Part shown: positions 1 to 10,022 of the stretch, one piece after another
How positions within the stretch are numbered: position 1 is the stretch's first letter
How the letters are laid out: every line of letters starts with the position of its first letter
Origin: Deltaproteobacteria bacterium
GTDB taxonomy: Bacteria; Myxococcota_A; Polyangia; Polyangiales; Houyiibacteriaceae
Length of the DNA: 64,000 nt
Direction: 5' to 3'
Assembly (NCBI GenBank): GCA_034670305.1
Contig: JAXMNT010000003.1
Location: 209,764 to 273,763, forward strand
Notes under the pieces: model-generated
Database searches by the model: none
Told to the model about the DNA's origin: nothing
What the model saw: only the letters and a program-made list of their open reading frames with translations
Made by a program: the position numbers and the translations under genes

Positions 1-145
1 CGACGGGGCGGTCTACGACCGGCGCGGCCGCTCGACGGCCTGATCTCGCTCGCCGCTTGCGATGACAGTGCGGTCGCGATCTCCGGACGCGTCTGCGCCC
101 CGCGCGGCGTTGGCGGCGCGGGGCGCGGACGCGCGGAGCGCTGTC

Positions 146-628
146 TCAGAAGATGGTTTCGCGGGTCCAGTGGGGCTGGAGTAGGACGCGGTTGACGTGC
201 TTGAGGTCGACGGTGCGGGTGCTGCCGCGGACGGCTTCGAGCAGGGTTGCGACGCAGAGGTTGCGTGCGTGTCGGAGGATGCCTTCGCTTGAGCGGACGA
301 CGAGCGCGAGCGCGTCGGGGGTGAAGACGTTGTGCGCGAGGGCGACGCGATCGAGCTCCCGGAGGATGAAGGCTTCCATGTCGTCGGGCGCGAGCTTTCG
401 GACGAGGACGGAGTAGGTGACGCGGCTTCGGATGTCGTCGTTGATGGTCAGCGAGAGCCGGTGCAGGAGCGACGGCTGCGCGACGAGGACGAGGTTGTGG
501 TTCTTGGGGAAGTCCTCGAAGAGGAGACGCAATCGACGGAGCGAGTGCATGTCGAGCAGGTGCGCGTCGTCGATGATCGGGACGAGCATTTTGCCGAGGT
601 GGTTGATGCTCGTAATGGATGCCTTCGA
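146..628 (-). pseudogene. 5'-truncated ExeA/GspA-like AAA ATPase (type often found beside transposases)
   Basis: The translation has a Walker B (IIDDAH), the segment LVLVAQPSL..L and the helical C-terminus SEGILRHARNLC. There is no Walker A. Homology ends at the repeat motif at ~629, where a transposase-end copy begins. Confidence 0.65.
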
Positions 629-1082
629 GATCAGTGCCAGGTGCGGCGATCTCTGTGCTTGAGGGTGTGGCCTTCGTCGGGTGGCGGACCGCCGGCGGTT
701 GGGTGGCGGCCGCCACCCCATCCTCCACATTTTCTCCGACACTGCGGCTCGGCACGACCAGTTGTCCGGGGTGGGTGTTATGCGCTGACCCGCCGGACCA
801 GTTTCCGAAAAGCGTTCCTCGCTCCGTGGCATCCGGGCGTGGACGAGGCCTGGCTGTACGCGCTCGGGCATGCGCAGCAGCAGACGGGCGTCTCACTCCA
901 CTGCGCGGCCAAGGTCATCAACCATCACCACATCGACATCACGGACAACGAGGAGAAGCGGCCCGAGTTTCTCCGCCTGTTTCACGGCGACCTGAGTTGC
1001 GCCCTCAACACGCTCCTCGGGCGAGAGCGGTACGACCAGCCGGGCCAGCTCCTCGACGATCGCCCGACGCACTGCATGCGGA
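629..1082 (+). pseudogene. Partial inverted copy (5' end and N-terminal ~110 codons) of the HUH/Y1 transposase at 1306-2616
   Basis: Encodes ARPVVRGGCYALTRRTSFRKAFLAPWHPGVDEAWLYALG...NHHH...YDQPGQ, nearly identical to the N-terminus of the intact gene. It lacks the start codon and is cut at ~1082. Confidence 0.85.
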
Positions 1083-2766
1083 CGCAGATCCGTCCCAGGT
1101 GCTCGCGCTCAGGTTGGTCTCCTATGGACCATTTCACCCGTGGGCATGTTTCGAAGCAGGGAGAGCTGCTCTGCGCCGGTCACCTGCGGCCCCGAATGTC
1201 GTGAACGAGGACCCAGTTCTGCTCGGCCCGTGCTCGATCTGGGACTGGGGACGCAACGATGCGCCGCGCGGGATTCACGCAGCGTGTTCGCAAACGCGGA
1301 TGTGGTTACTGGGGTGGGTCGGAAGTCCGGGGTGGTCGGCCGGCAGGTTCGGTCGCGTCGCCTGACGCGCGTGGTCGACCGCGGCGGGCGTCTCGCATGA
1401 CGACCACGCGGCGGGCTTCGCTTGGCTGATTCTTGTCGAAGCGATGTCGGACGACCGCTTCGGGTCGGTCGCTTGTCTCGAGCAGCTCCGCCGGGACCCG
1501 CGGGGGCTCCGACACGAACTCCATCGCTTCGGCTCGCACGACAGCCGCGGCCTCGTCCCTGAACGCGGTGCCGACTTCGGCGAGTACGCGGGCGACTTGT
1601 TCGTCGTCGGCTGTGACGGGGTTGAGCCGGAGTTCGGCCTTCACCTCGTCGAGGGTGGGCTCGGGACCAGTGATGAGCAGGGCCGGATCGGCGGGCTCGA
1701 CGTCGATCGGGAAGAGCTTCCGCATCTTGTACGTGCCGTACGGAAACGGGATCGGATCGCCCGCGCGGAGCGCTTTCACGCCAGCGCGGTGGGTGCGCCG
1801 AAACGTGGTGACCTCCGTCTTGGCTTGAATGTGCACGCGGCGTCCGTTGATCCCGGAAGCACCTTGCTTGTAGCTCGGCACGACTTCGCCGCCGGCCGTC
1901 CGCCGGGTGCGGGGCTCGCTGTACGGGTGGATGCGCTTGGTGCGTTGCACACCCATCACCGGCCACTTGCGGGCCGCGTTCAGAGCTCGGATCGCTTCTC
2001 TCTGCAGCCGGCGCATGTAGTAGATCAGCTGGTCGAGATCGCCGTTGAACTTGCGGTACAACCGGGCGGGCGGATTGAACCACACGTTGACGTACTCGTC
2101 GCGCAGCCTCGGATCGAAGTAGAACTCTGGACGCCGCACGCGGATGGGAAGCCCCTTCCACAACGAGAAGTCGAACACGAAGCCCGGCATGTCTTCGGGC
2201 CGCCTCACGAGACCAGCGGCCACGCATTGCACGGACTCGTAGACGAGGTGGGCGGCCTGCGCTTCGGCATCGAGCAGCCGCATGTGGTGCGTCGCGCGGT
2301 CGTCGAAGATCTGACCCGGCTGGTCGTACCGCTCCCGGCCGAGCAGCGTATTGAGCGCGCAACTCAGCTCGCCATGAAACAGCCGAAGGAACTCCGGCCG
2401 CTTCTCTTCGTTGTCGGTGAGATCGAGGTGGTGGTGGTTGATGACCTTGGTCGCGCAGTGGAGGGAGACCCCGGTCTGCTGTTGCGCATGCCCCAGCGCG
2501 TACAGCCACGCCTGGTCCACGCCCGGATGCCAAGGAGCCAGGAACGCCTTCCGAAAGTTCGTACGACGCGTCAGCGCATAGCTCGCACCGCGCACGACTG
2601 GCCGTGCATCAGACATGCTTCGCACAGAGCACACCCCATGCCGTCTCCGTTTCTCGGACGTTTCAACAATGTCGGCTGGCGCCCGCCACCCAACCGCCAG
2701 CGGCCCGCCACCCCGAACGGCTGCGACCAAGGCAACAGACTTTCGAGCACCTGGGACTGATCAGCG
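1083..2766 (-). mobile_element. HUH/Y1 (RAYT-like) element bounded by 23-bp inverted repeats
   Basis: 1083-1105 CGCAGATCCGTCCCAGGTGCTCG and 2744-2766 CGAGCACCTGGGACTGATCAGCG are inverted, 21/23 identical, and enclose the transposase gene. Confidence 0.7.
1306..2616 (-). CDS. HUH/Y1 tyrosine transposase (REP-associated, RAYT-like) with long C-terminal extension
   Basis: N-terminal YALTRRT, HUH motif NHHH, catalytic Tyr region LVYESVQCVAAGLVRRPEDM, and C-terminal FPYGTYKM. Confidence 0.8.
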   Translation of the reverse strand: MSDARPVVRGASYALTRRTNFRKAFLAPWHPGVDQAWLYALGHAQQQTGVSLHCATKVINHHHLDLTDNEEKRPEFLRLFHGELSCALNTLLGRERYDQPGQIFDDRATHHMRLLDAEAQAAHLVYESVQCVAAGLVRRPEDMPGFVFDFSLWKGLPIRVRRPEFYFDPRLRDEYVNVWFNPPARLYRKFNGDLDQLIYYMRRLQREAIRALNAARKWPVMGVQRTKRIHPYSEPRTRRTAGGEVVPSYKQGASGINGRRVHIQAKTEVTTFRRTHRAGVKALRAGDPIPFPYGTYKMRKLFPIDVEPADPALLITGPEPTLDEVKAELRLNPVTADDEQVARVLAEVGTAFRDEAAAVVRAEAMEFVSEPPRVPAELLETSDRPEAVVRHRFDKNQPSEARRVVVMRDARRGRPRASGDATEPAGRPPRTSDPPQ

Positions 2767-2818
2767 CGACTAGATAAGGCAACAGACTTTCGAGCACCTG
2801 GGACTGATCAGCGCGACT
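2729..2818 (+). repeat. 43-bp perfect direct repeat, two copies 4 nt apart, containing the element end motif
   Basis: AAGGCAACAGACTTTCGAGCACCTGGGACTGATCAGCGCGACT at 2729-2771 and 2776-2818. Confidence 0.95.
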
Positions 2819-2819
2819 C

Positions 2820-4454
2820 GCGCGGCACTGCCGCTGCGACCGAGAGCAGCACTACCAGTACCGCTGGGACGAGCTGAACCGGTTGGCAGAGGCCCGCCGC
2901 TACGATCGCGAGGGGACCGGCGTCTGGACCCTAGAGACGAGGCAGCGCTACCGGTACGACGCTGGTAACGTACGTACCGTGAAGCTGACATCGTCAGGCG
3001 GCATCGACCGTGCCTCGCTGTATGTGTTGCCTGGTGACTTCGAGCGTCGCGGCGTCGCGGTGGACATCGACGCGATGAACGGCGATGCGTGGAGGGCGGT
3101 CGCGGGCGTGAACACCGAGACGCAGTACCTCGTCGCTGGGGCCCGCGTGGTCTGGAAGAAGTCTCCAGAGATGGACGCCGGCGGCGGAGAGAACTTCGAG
3201 ACCGACGTCCGGATCACCGTGCCTCTCGCGGACCTATTGCAATCGACCGTTGCAAGCATGGACCTGGTGTCTGGCGAGCTGCTTGAGGTGGGTACGTACT
3301 ACCCGTCGGGCAACCGCGAGATGTTGGTCGCGCGCGACAGCTCGGTGGATGGGCAGACGTTCCAGCTGGAGCCGATCGGGTTCACCGGGAAGGAAGGCGA
3401 CGACGATGTTGGGTTGGTCTACTTCGGGGAGCGGTATTTGATGCCGCATCTTGGGCGGTGGGCCAGTGCGGATCCGCTGCAGGTGCATGCCGGGGGTGGT
3501 GGGGAGTTTGGGAACTCTTACCACTATGTAAGTGGGAACCTGTTGCAGGCGCGGGACCCGTTGGGGCTGAGCGGCCCGGTCAAGAAGAACCCGGGTGTAC
3601 AACTGGAGGCATCCACTGACTACACTGAGCGAGTGCACTCGCAGACCGAACAGTTCCAGGTTGGTGAGTGGGAGGCGTTCCAGCGGCAGGCACGGGAACA
3701 CGTTGGCTGGACAGCCATGCGCGAGCGCGCCGCAGCACTAGTAGAAGGGAGCGCGACACTCCACGAGGCATGGTCGGCTGCCCGTGAGGCTGGCGGGGAT
3801 CACGCGGAGGTATCGATTCGATATGTATGGGAGCGTCGGGCCGAAGGCGCACCAGAAACCATCGCCAGAATAGAGTTCGCTCTGATTGACGCCGCCCCAG
3901 CCCCCCCCCCTCCTCCCCCTCCCCCCGACGATGACCCCGTTAGTTATGTCGAAGAACGCGATCCGTCCGTGACGATCGAGGCACCTCGCGCTATCGATGT
4001 TCCGTACGGTGTGACACTTGGCCTCGGGGGTTTCGCAATGATCGCTGGAGATCGGGAGCGACGGGTTCACGTCGGAGTCTATCTACAAATTGGGTTCGAT
4101 GGCACCGCAAAAGTAAGCGATTTCGGTGCCTATGTGGGCGCTCAGGTCGCGATGACAAACAACCGAGGGATCGAATTTGGAGCCCAGATAGATGCGTCCT
4201 TGCAACCGGTCATAGGTGCGTTGTCCGGCGCAGAGTACACGTTGGAGGCTGGTAACTCTGGATGGGGAGAGCGGAACATCGCCATGCAAGGAGCCCTGAG
4301 CGAAGACGGGATGGAATCACCGGATTCTCTTACGATCGGCCAGACGCACCATGCGAGCTTCAATCTGGCTCCAGTAACGATTGAAACCCACGGCGGGGTT
4401 GGGCAAGAGGCCTATCTATCTCTGCCAGCACTGGTAGAGTCATTGCTCGAGTAG
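2820..4454 (+). pseudogene. Orphan (5'-truncated) Rhs module: end of Rhs core plus C-terminal putative toxin domain
   Basis: In frame: YQYRWDELNRLAEARRYD, YRYDAGNVR, GFTGKEGDDDVGLVYFGERY..LGRWASADP and YHYVSGNLLQARDPLGL (DPxG motif). About 294 divergent aa follow. No real start codon; the frame is cut by the repeat upstream. Confidence 0.85.
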
Positions 4455-4488
4455 CAATGGCAACTAGCCGGACTGAGTTTGGTCATTC

Positions 4489-5049
4489 ATGCGACTGCAT
4501 AGCCTATACCGTCTCCTCACAGAACCAGATGGCGGCGCGTTCCGCGCCGTGTTCGGCGCGACATCCGTGTTTGTAAATATGCCGATCGGATTGCGCGAAC
4601 AGCTCTTGAGTCAAGGTGTACAGATTTCGAACGTTCGCGGTTCTTCCGCAATTGACCTGCGTCGGGTGCCCGCGGATCAACACGATCATCAGGGGCCAGT
4701 CGGAGTGAGAGTTTGTCCGCAGTCAGGAGGAACTGCGCGGCTGTGTCCCGTTTGGGATGAATCCAGCTCGATGCGCGATCTTAGGGACTTGAGTGCCCTG
4801 ATAACGGTGGGAACGGTGCTAATTAGCCCGCCGGCGATAGCGATCATCATTGCGCTACAGGTTGTTGGTGACCAAGCGTCGGTTGGAACAGTTGTCGCGC
4901 TGCCCATCGCTTGCGCCTGTTTGGTGCTTCTCGTCGCACTCATGAAGCGGGTTCGAGCGAAGGCGATCGGTCAATACAAGTGGCTACGAGTGGCCTTGAA
5001 CAGTGCGGGTGTGTCCGAGTTACCGTCCCCCGAAGCGACGCCAAACTGA
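4489..5049 (+). CDS. Hypothetical membrane protein, candidate Rhs immunity protein
   Basis: Directly downstream of the Rhs C-terminus, in the same more A/T-rich segment, with two hydrophobic helices near the C-terminus. Start is uncertain. Confidence 0.45.
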   Translation: MRLHSLYRLLTEPDGGAFRAVFGATSVFVNMPIGLREQLLSQGVQISNVRGSSAIDLRRVPADQHDHQGPVGVRVCPQSGGTARLCPVWDESSSMRDLRDLSALITVGTVLISPPAIAIIIALQVVGDQASVGTVVALPIACACLVLLVALMKRVRAKAIGQYKWLRVALNSAGVSELPSPEATPN

Positions 5050-5183
5050 CGCTGGGCTTGATGTTAGCGGCCGATTTGATGGCTGATTTGACGTCGTAGG
5101 GATTGGGGCGGACGGCCGGGTTGTGGTTTGTGGGCCGGGTCCGTCGTAGCGAGGCGCGCTTCTACGACGATGCGCAGAGCAGG

Positions 5184-5834
5184 TCCGTCCCAGGTGCTCG
5201 CACTCAGGTTGGTCTCAGAAGGACCAGTTCGGCTGGCGGGGGTGTTCTGAAGCAGGGCGAGCTGCGCTGCACGGTCACCGGCGGTCCAAAAATTGGGTGA
5301 ACGAGACCCAGTTCTGCTCGGCCTGCGCTCGATCTGGGACTGCGGACGCAACGATGCGCCGCGCGGGACTCACGCAGCGTGTTCGCAAACGCGGATGTGG
5401 CTACTGGGGTGGGTCGGAAGTCCGAGGTGGTCGCTCGGCAAGTTCGGCCGCGTCGCCTGACGCTCGTGGTCGACCGCGGCGGGCGTCTCGCATGACGACG
5501 ACGCGGCGGGCCTCGCTGGGCTGATTCTTGTCGAAGCTTCCTCTTGGGGGCACGGCCCCCAAACCCCGTCCGGTGACACCGCTGGCTCGCTTCGCGAGGC
5601 TGCGCGCTGTCGAGTGCTCGACCTGCGCTTCGGGTCGGTCGCTCGTCTCGAGCAACTCGGCCGGGACGCGCGGGGGCTCCGATACGAACTCCATCGCTTC
5701 GCCTCGGACGACAGCCGCGGCCTCGTCCTTGAACGCGGTGCCGACTTCGGCGAGCACGCGCGCGACTTGTTCGTCGTCGGCGATGACGGGGTAGCCGGAG
5801 CTCGGCCTTCACCTCGTCGAGGGTGGGCTCGGGA
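5184..5834 (-). repeat. Direct copy of the 3' end of the 1306-2616 transposase plus ~220 nt downstream, including the end motif
   Basis: Aligns with ~1089-1666. Starts with CCGTCCCAGGTGCTCG and carries a ~72-bp insertion at 5542-5613. Confidence 0.9.
5542..5613. repeat. ~72-bp hairpin mini-element, copy 1
   Basis: TCTTGGGGGCACGGCCCCCAAACCCCGTCCGGTGACACC...GCTGTCGA. Absent from the homologous position (~1440) and present again at 25627-25699. Confidence 0.9.
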
Positions 5835-5836
5835 GC

Positions 5837-6709
5837 TCAGGCAGCCGCGGAAGCGGTTGTTGCGACCTCGTCGCCGTGGAGCCAGTCCGCGGCTTTCTGG
5901 GCGGCAGACGCGGTCCTGAGTAGGACTCGTGGGTCGGCGCGAAGGACTCGAACCCAGTGGTCGAGGTAGGCCACATGCTGCAGCTCGCCTGGGAGTCCGA
6001 ACTCCGCACAGAGGAACGCGGCGCCCATCTCGGCGATGAGTTCCTCCCGCGCATACACATCGTCTCCGAAGCGTCCCTGCTTCCGGTCGAGTCGGCTGGG
6101 GTGCGCGGTCGCGTGCACCAGCTCATGCATCAGCGTGGCGTAGTAGTTGCCGTGGTCCGAGAAGGACGTTCGATCTGGCAGCTGGATCGCGTCTTCCGTG
6201 GGGGTGTAGTGCGCTTGGTCCCCTCCGTGCCGGATGTCGATCCCGGTCGCTTCCACCCACTTGTCGACGCGCTCATCGGTGACGACATCGGCATCTTCTT
6301 TGTGAACATCTGGGAGTCCATCGCACTGCTCCAAGTTGAACACGGCAGCGCTTCCCGATACCCAACGCGGGCGGGCGCCGGGCTCCTCATCCGGCGCTGG
6401 GTCCCTCGGGCGCCAGAACACGACGCGGGTCGCGCGCTCTCCCTTTCGGACGTGGCCGCCAAGTGCGATGGCTTGCCGGTAGGTACACCACCAGCGTTCT
6501 TGGAACCCACGACTTCGCATTGCGGACCAGAGGATCAGGATGTTGATGCCCCGATAGACGCGGTTCGTCGTGAGGTTGGCGGGTCTTCCGCCATCGGTTG
6601 ACCAGGGGGCAATCCAGGGAGGAACGCCACCCTCCTCAAGATCTCGAACCAGCTCCATCGCTACGGTCTCGTGCAGCGCGGCGCGCGCTGCATTCTTCTT
6701 CTTTCGCAT
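5837..6709 (-). CDS. ardC: ArdC-family antirestriction protein (ssDNA-binding plus zincin-like domain)
   Basis: PPWIAPW, YRGINILILW, W.TYRQA..LGGHVRKGERAT, HELVH and YAREELIAEMGAAFLC motifs. GGAGGA RBS upstream. Confidence 0.9.
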   Translation of the reverse strand: MRKKKNAARAALHETVAMELVRDLEEGGVPPWIAPWSTDGGRPANLTTNRVYRGINILILWSAMRSRGFQERWWCTYRQAIALGGHVRKGERATRVVFWRPRDPAPDEEPGARPRWVSGSAAVFNLEQCDGLPDVHKEDADVVTDERVDKWVEATGIDIRHGGDQAHYTPTEDAIQLPDRTSFSDHGNYYATLMHELVHATAHPSRLDRKQGRFGDDVYAREELIAEMGAAFLCAEFGLPGELQHVAYLDHWVRVLRADPRVLLRTASAAQKAADWLHGDEVATTASAAA

Positions 6710-6907
6710 CGTGGTCCTCCTGGGAGAACCAACCACTCGGGCTCTTCCCGACTACTTAGAAGGGGTCCCCGAATCTGAGTTTGCAAGATTGGATCGACGC
6801 TTGGACGGATCCCGCCCCCAGCGCTGTCGGCTCCTCACGTCTGCGATGTAGACCGTGGTGGATCGGGAGGCGGCCTGGTCGGTCGCCCGCGTGGTCGAGG
6901 GCTGTGG

Positions 6908-7056
6908 CTGTCGAAGCGATGTTGGACAAGCGGCTCGGGTCGGTCGCTTGTCTCAAAGCAACTCGGCGGGTACGCGCTGGGGCTCCGACACGAACTCGAG
7001 CGCTTCGGCTCGCACGACAGCCGCGGACTCTTCCTTGAACGCTGTGGCGACTTCGG
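6908..7056 (-). repeat. Third, more degenerate fragment of the transposase 3' region
   Basis: Aligns with ~1435-1580 (TGTCGAAGCGATGT...GCTCGCACGACAGCCGCGG...CGACTTCGG). Confidence 0.8.
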
Positions 7057-7079
7057 AGAGGACGCGCATGGTAGGGAGG

Positions 7080-7823
7080 GTGGATGAAGGGAACGATCGA
7101 AGCGCATCTCGCGGTGGTCAGGAATGGGCAGGTGCGATTCGACGGGAACTCGCCGGGGTCCTGAAGGTGCGGGGTGGCCAGGTGCATTTTCGACCCTCGT
7201 CGTCCGGCGTCACGATGGTCGGCCTGCACCCCGAACGACCGCAACGCGGCAAGGGTGGCTACCGCGATCTCGCGAAGCTGGCGTCTGACTTCGACGCCGA
7301 GTTTCGGAAGCACTGCGTGGACATCGACCAAGGCCGACCCACGGAAGAGAAGGAACTCCAAAGTTGGCTCGTCGCCCACGCCCAGACGCACGACGGAGCG
7401 CTCACGCCACTCTTCCCGAATGGCGAAGTCGTCTTCGTCACCGACGAGATCCCGGTCCCCCACGACAGCGGCCGCATCGTGTGCGACTTGCTCGCCGCAA
7501 GGATCATCGGACCAGGTCGCATTCGACCCGTGTTGATCGAGCTCAAGAGCGAGCGCGCCATGAAACGTCTCGTCGAACAAGTCACCTCCTACGCCGCCAT
7601 CATTGACGCACACCCCAAGCTCTTCGAAGACCTCTACGGCGCCCTGCTCGGCAAACCGGTGCTGTCTGATCGAACCGCAGTCCGCTTCGAAGGGGGCGTC
7701 GAGAAACACATCGTCTGGCCAGCCCCACCATCCGGAGGCGAACCCCGCCGAGCGAAGCTCGCCACCCTCGACATCGCAGTCCACACCTACACCCGCACAG
7801 CCAACGGCTTCGCCTTCGGCTGA
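7080..7823 (+). CDS. Putative PD-(D/E)xK nuclease (NucS/RecB-like motif spacing)
   Basis: EKELQSWL...DEIPV...CDLLA...VLIELK......LVEQVTSY fits E...D...ExK...QxxxY. Start is either GTG 7080 or ATG 7068. Confidence 0.55.
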   Translation: MDEGNDRSASRGGQEWAGAIRRELAGVLKVRGGQVHFRPSSSGVTMVGLHPERPQRGKGGYRDLAKLASDFDAEFRKHCVDIDQGRPTEEKELQSWLVAHAQTHDGALTPLFPNGEVVFVTDEIPVPHDSGRIVCDLLAARIIGPGRIRPVLIELKSERAMKRLVEQVTSYAAIIDAHPKLFEDLYGALLGKPVLSDRTAVRFEGGVEKHIVWPAPPSGGEPRRAKLATLDIAVHTYTRTANGFAFG

Positions 7824-7972
7824 CCTCGAGCCGAAACCGAAAGACCCGCGGAGGATCAGGGACATCGAAGTTCTCAACCCAGACAGGTGGTTGACGTTTT
7901 TGACGTTGGTCGACGTTCGGCCACACCGCCAGAGTCGTTGTCAGATCCGCCAGGCTTGGTCGTCTTGGGAAT

Positions 7973-9820
7973 ATGACAACGAGCCACGAACAAGCGGGTG
8001 CGCGGGCCGGAGAGAGTTCCTCCCTCGCCGACCTCCGTCCCGTTTGCGACGCGAGCTTTGTGCAGAAGCTGCGCGCGATTCGCGACACCCTCACGGAAGG
8101 CCTGGTGGAACGCGAGGTGGCGGTGCGGCTGAGTCTTCTCGCTGCGCTGGCCGGTGAGCACTTGTTGATGCTCGGTCCGCCGGGAACGGCCAAGAGTCTG
8201 ATCGCCCGTCGCCTTCATCTCGCCTTCAGCGAGTCCACGTACTTCGAGAGACTGCTGACCCGGTTCACGGTTCCTGAGGAACTCTTCGGGCCGCTGTCGA
8301 TCAAGGGCCTCGAAGAGGACCGCTATGAACGACTGACCGACGCTTACCTGCCCAAGGCCTCGATCGCCTTTCTCGATGAGATATTCAAGGCGAACAGCGC
8401 CATCCTCAACTCCCTGCTGACCCTCCTCAACGAACGGGAGTTCGACAACGGCGTCTCGCGCGACGAGACACCACTCGTCGCTGTCATCGGTGCGAGCAAC
8501 GAACTTCCGGAAGGGGAGGAACTCGACGCGCTCTTCGATCGGTTCTTGCTGCGGCTCCATGTAGGTCCTGTGACCAAGGACGCTTTCCCGACACTTCTGG
8601 CTCTCCGCGATCGGGCTGTGCCCGAGGTCGCGCACGAGCTGAAGCTCGATGCCCAGGAACTGCTGGCGGTGCAGAACGCGGCGGCCGCGGTAGAGGTCCC
8701 CCCGGATGTCACTGCGCTGCTGTGCGACCTACGAGATTGGTGCACGGCCGAGGACGTTCAGGTCTCGGACCGCCGGTGGCGCAAGGTCGTCAAGTTGCTC
8801 CAGGTCTCGGCTGCGACGCATGGACGTACTCAGGTCTCCATCTGGGACTGTTGGCTGCTCCAGCACTGTGTTTGGAACACGCCGGAGGCACGGGAGAAGG
8901 TCTTTGAGTGGTATGCCGCGCGCGTGGGAGCGTCGGCGGTCATGAACCCTGAACGTCTCACGAGAATCGTGGTCTCGTTTGAGGCCCGGCTGAAGGCGAA
9001 CCGTGAGAGTCGGTCGCAGACCCGTGACGACCAGGGACGGCTCGTGTTCAAGGATGCGCACGGTAAACGCACTTTCGAAGTGACGGGCCCGGCACAGAAG
9101 CGGCGCGGAGAGGATGTCTTGTTTCTCGCGCCGGCCAACGGCCTGCTCGGCTGCGATAGACTTCATGACCGGACGAACGGCGGCGCGGGCTACACGCGGG
9201 ACGAGCTGAACAACATTCAGGTCGGTGGGAGTCACTATGATCGGCAACGCTTCGGCAGATGGTCGGGCAGGGACGCGTACTTGGCCGACCCGAACAACTG
9301 GCTCATGGAGGACGTCGCGTTCGCGCCGGTCTTGGAGCCGACCCGATTCAGCGGGTTCTACGTCGAAGGAGTCCGCGGCGAACTCGGGAAGCTGAAGGAA
9401 GAGGTCGGCGGGTACCTCGAAGGGCTCCTGCAGCACCTCGATTCGTTGAAGGCCGACATCTGCGATCACCTCTGGGTCTTGCCTGAGTTCGCGGAGCTCG
9501 CAGCACAGAATCTGGAGCAGACCCGAAGGGACGTCGACGCCCTGCTGATGCGGGTGGATGAGCTGCACGCGGGTTTCGAGGCCCTACCACGCGAAGTGGC
9601 CGTGCGCTCCGTCCGGGGGACTCGCTCCTGGCACGCTTTTGAACGTGGTCTGAGGGTGTCGTTGGGTCGCTCGCGTCCTTGCTCGGCTCGTCGCTCAGTC
9701 CGCTCGGGCCAGCGAAGCGGGTCCCGAACCTCTGTTTCGCTGGTTCTGCGTTCTTGCGTCTTGCTTCGGACGCAGGTGTGCGCGGCTCGGGCTGTTGCCG
9801 GGCCGCGCTTTGGCTCTTGA
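7973..9820 (+). CDS. MoxR-family AAA+ ATPase, RavA-like; last ~73 codons come from an inserted repeat
   Basis: GPPGTAKS, LLTRFTVPEELFGP, FLDEIFKANSAILNSLL, ASNELP, LFDRF and SDRRW motifs. Confidence 0.88.
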   Translation: MTTSHEQAGARAGESSSLADLRPVCDASFVQKLRAIRDTLTEGLVEREVAVRLSLLAALAGEHLLMLGPPGTAKSLIARRLHLAFSESTYFERLLTRFTVPEELFGPLSIKGLEEDRYERLTDAYLPKASIAFLDEIFKANSAILNSLLTLLNEREFDNGVSRDETPLVAVIGASNELPEGEELDALFDRFLLRLHVGPVTKDAFPTLLALRDRAVPEVAHELKLDAQELLAVQNAAAAVEVPPDVTALLCDLRDWCTAEDVQVSDRRWRKVVKLLQVSAATHGRTQVSIWDCWLLQHCVWNTPEAREKVFEWYAARVGASAVMNPERLTRIVVSFEARLKANRESRSQTRDDQGRLVFKDAHGKRTFEVTGPAQKRRGEDVLFLAPANGLLGCDRLHDRTNGGAGYTRDELNNIQVGGSHYDRQRFGRWSGRDAYLADPNNWLMEDVAFAPVLEPTRFSGFYVEGVRGELGKLKEEVGGYLEGLLQHLDSLKADICDHLWVLPEFAELAAQNLEQTRRDVDALLMRVDELHAGFEALPREVAVRSVRGTRSWHAFERGLRVSLGRSRPCSARRSVRSGQRSGSRTSVSLVLRSCVLLRTQVCAARAVAGPRFGS

Positions 9821-10022
9821 AGCCCGCTGAGGTAGTTCAGTCGGGGTCTTTGTCGGCTCGAGGAGTTCCGCCTGGTCTGAGGAGGTCTCGGCGGACGGTG
9901 ACTCGGTCGGTGTCGCTCAGGCCGGGACGGCTTCCGTAGCGGTCGCGGACGGGGTGGGGCGCCATCGGAGGTTGGATGCTCGGTCGCTTGGTGGCGCTCT
10001 TCTGCTCGTTCCGGTCCGTGGT
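9601..10022 (-). repeat. 3' end and ~240-nt downstream segment of the second HUH transposase (repeat copy 1)
   Basis: 9601-9893 aligns with ~11500-11791 and 9967-10022 aligns with ~11793-11848. Confidence 0.9.

Noticed and set aside
1306-2616. Transposase C-terminal extensions as TnpB/IscB nucleases
   Set aside because: No RuvC, HNH or Zn-finger motifs are recognisable in either protein.
2729-2818. 43-bp repeat pair as a mini-CRISPR
   Set aside because: Only two copies with a 4-nt gap, and the sequence is the transposase end motif.
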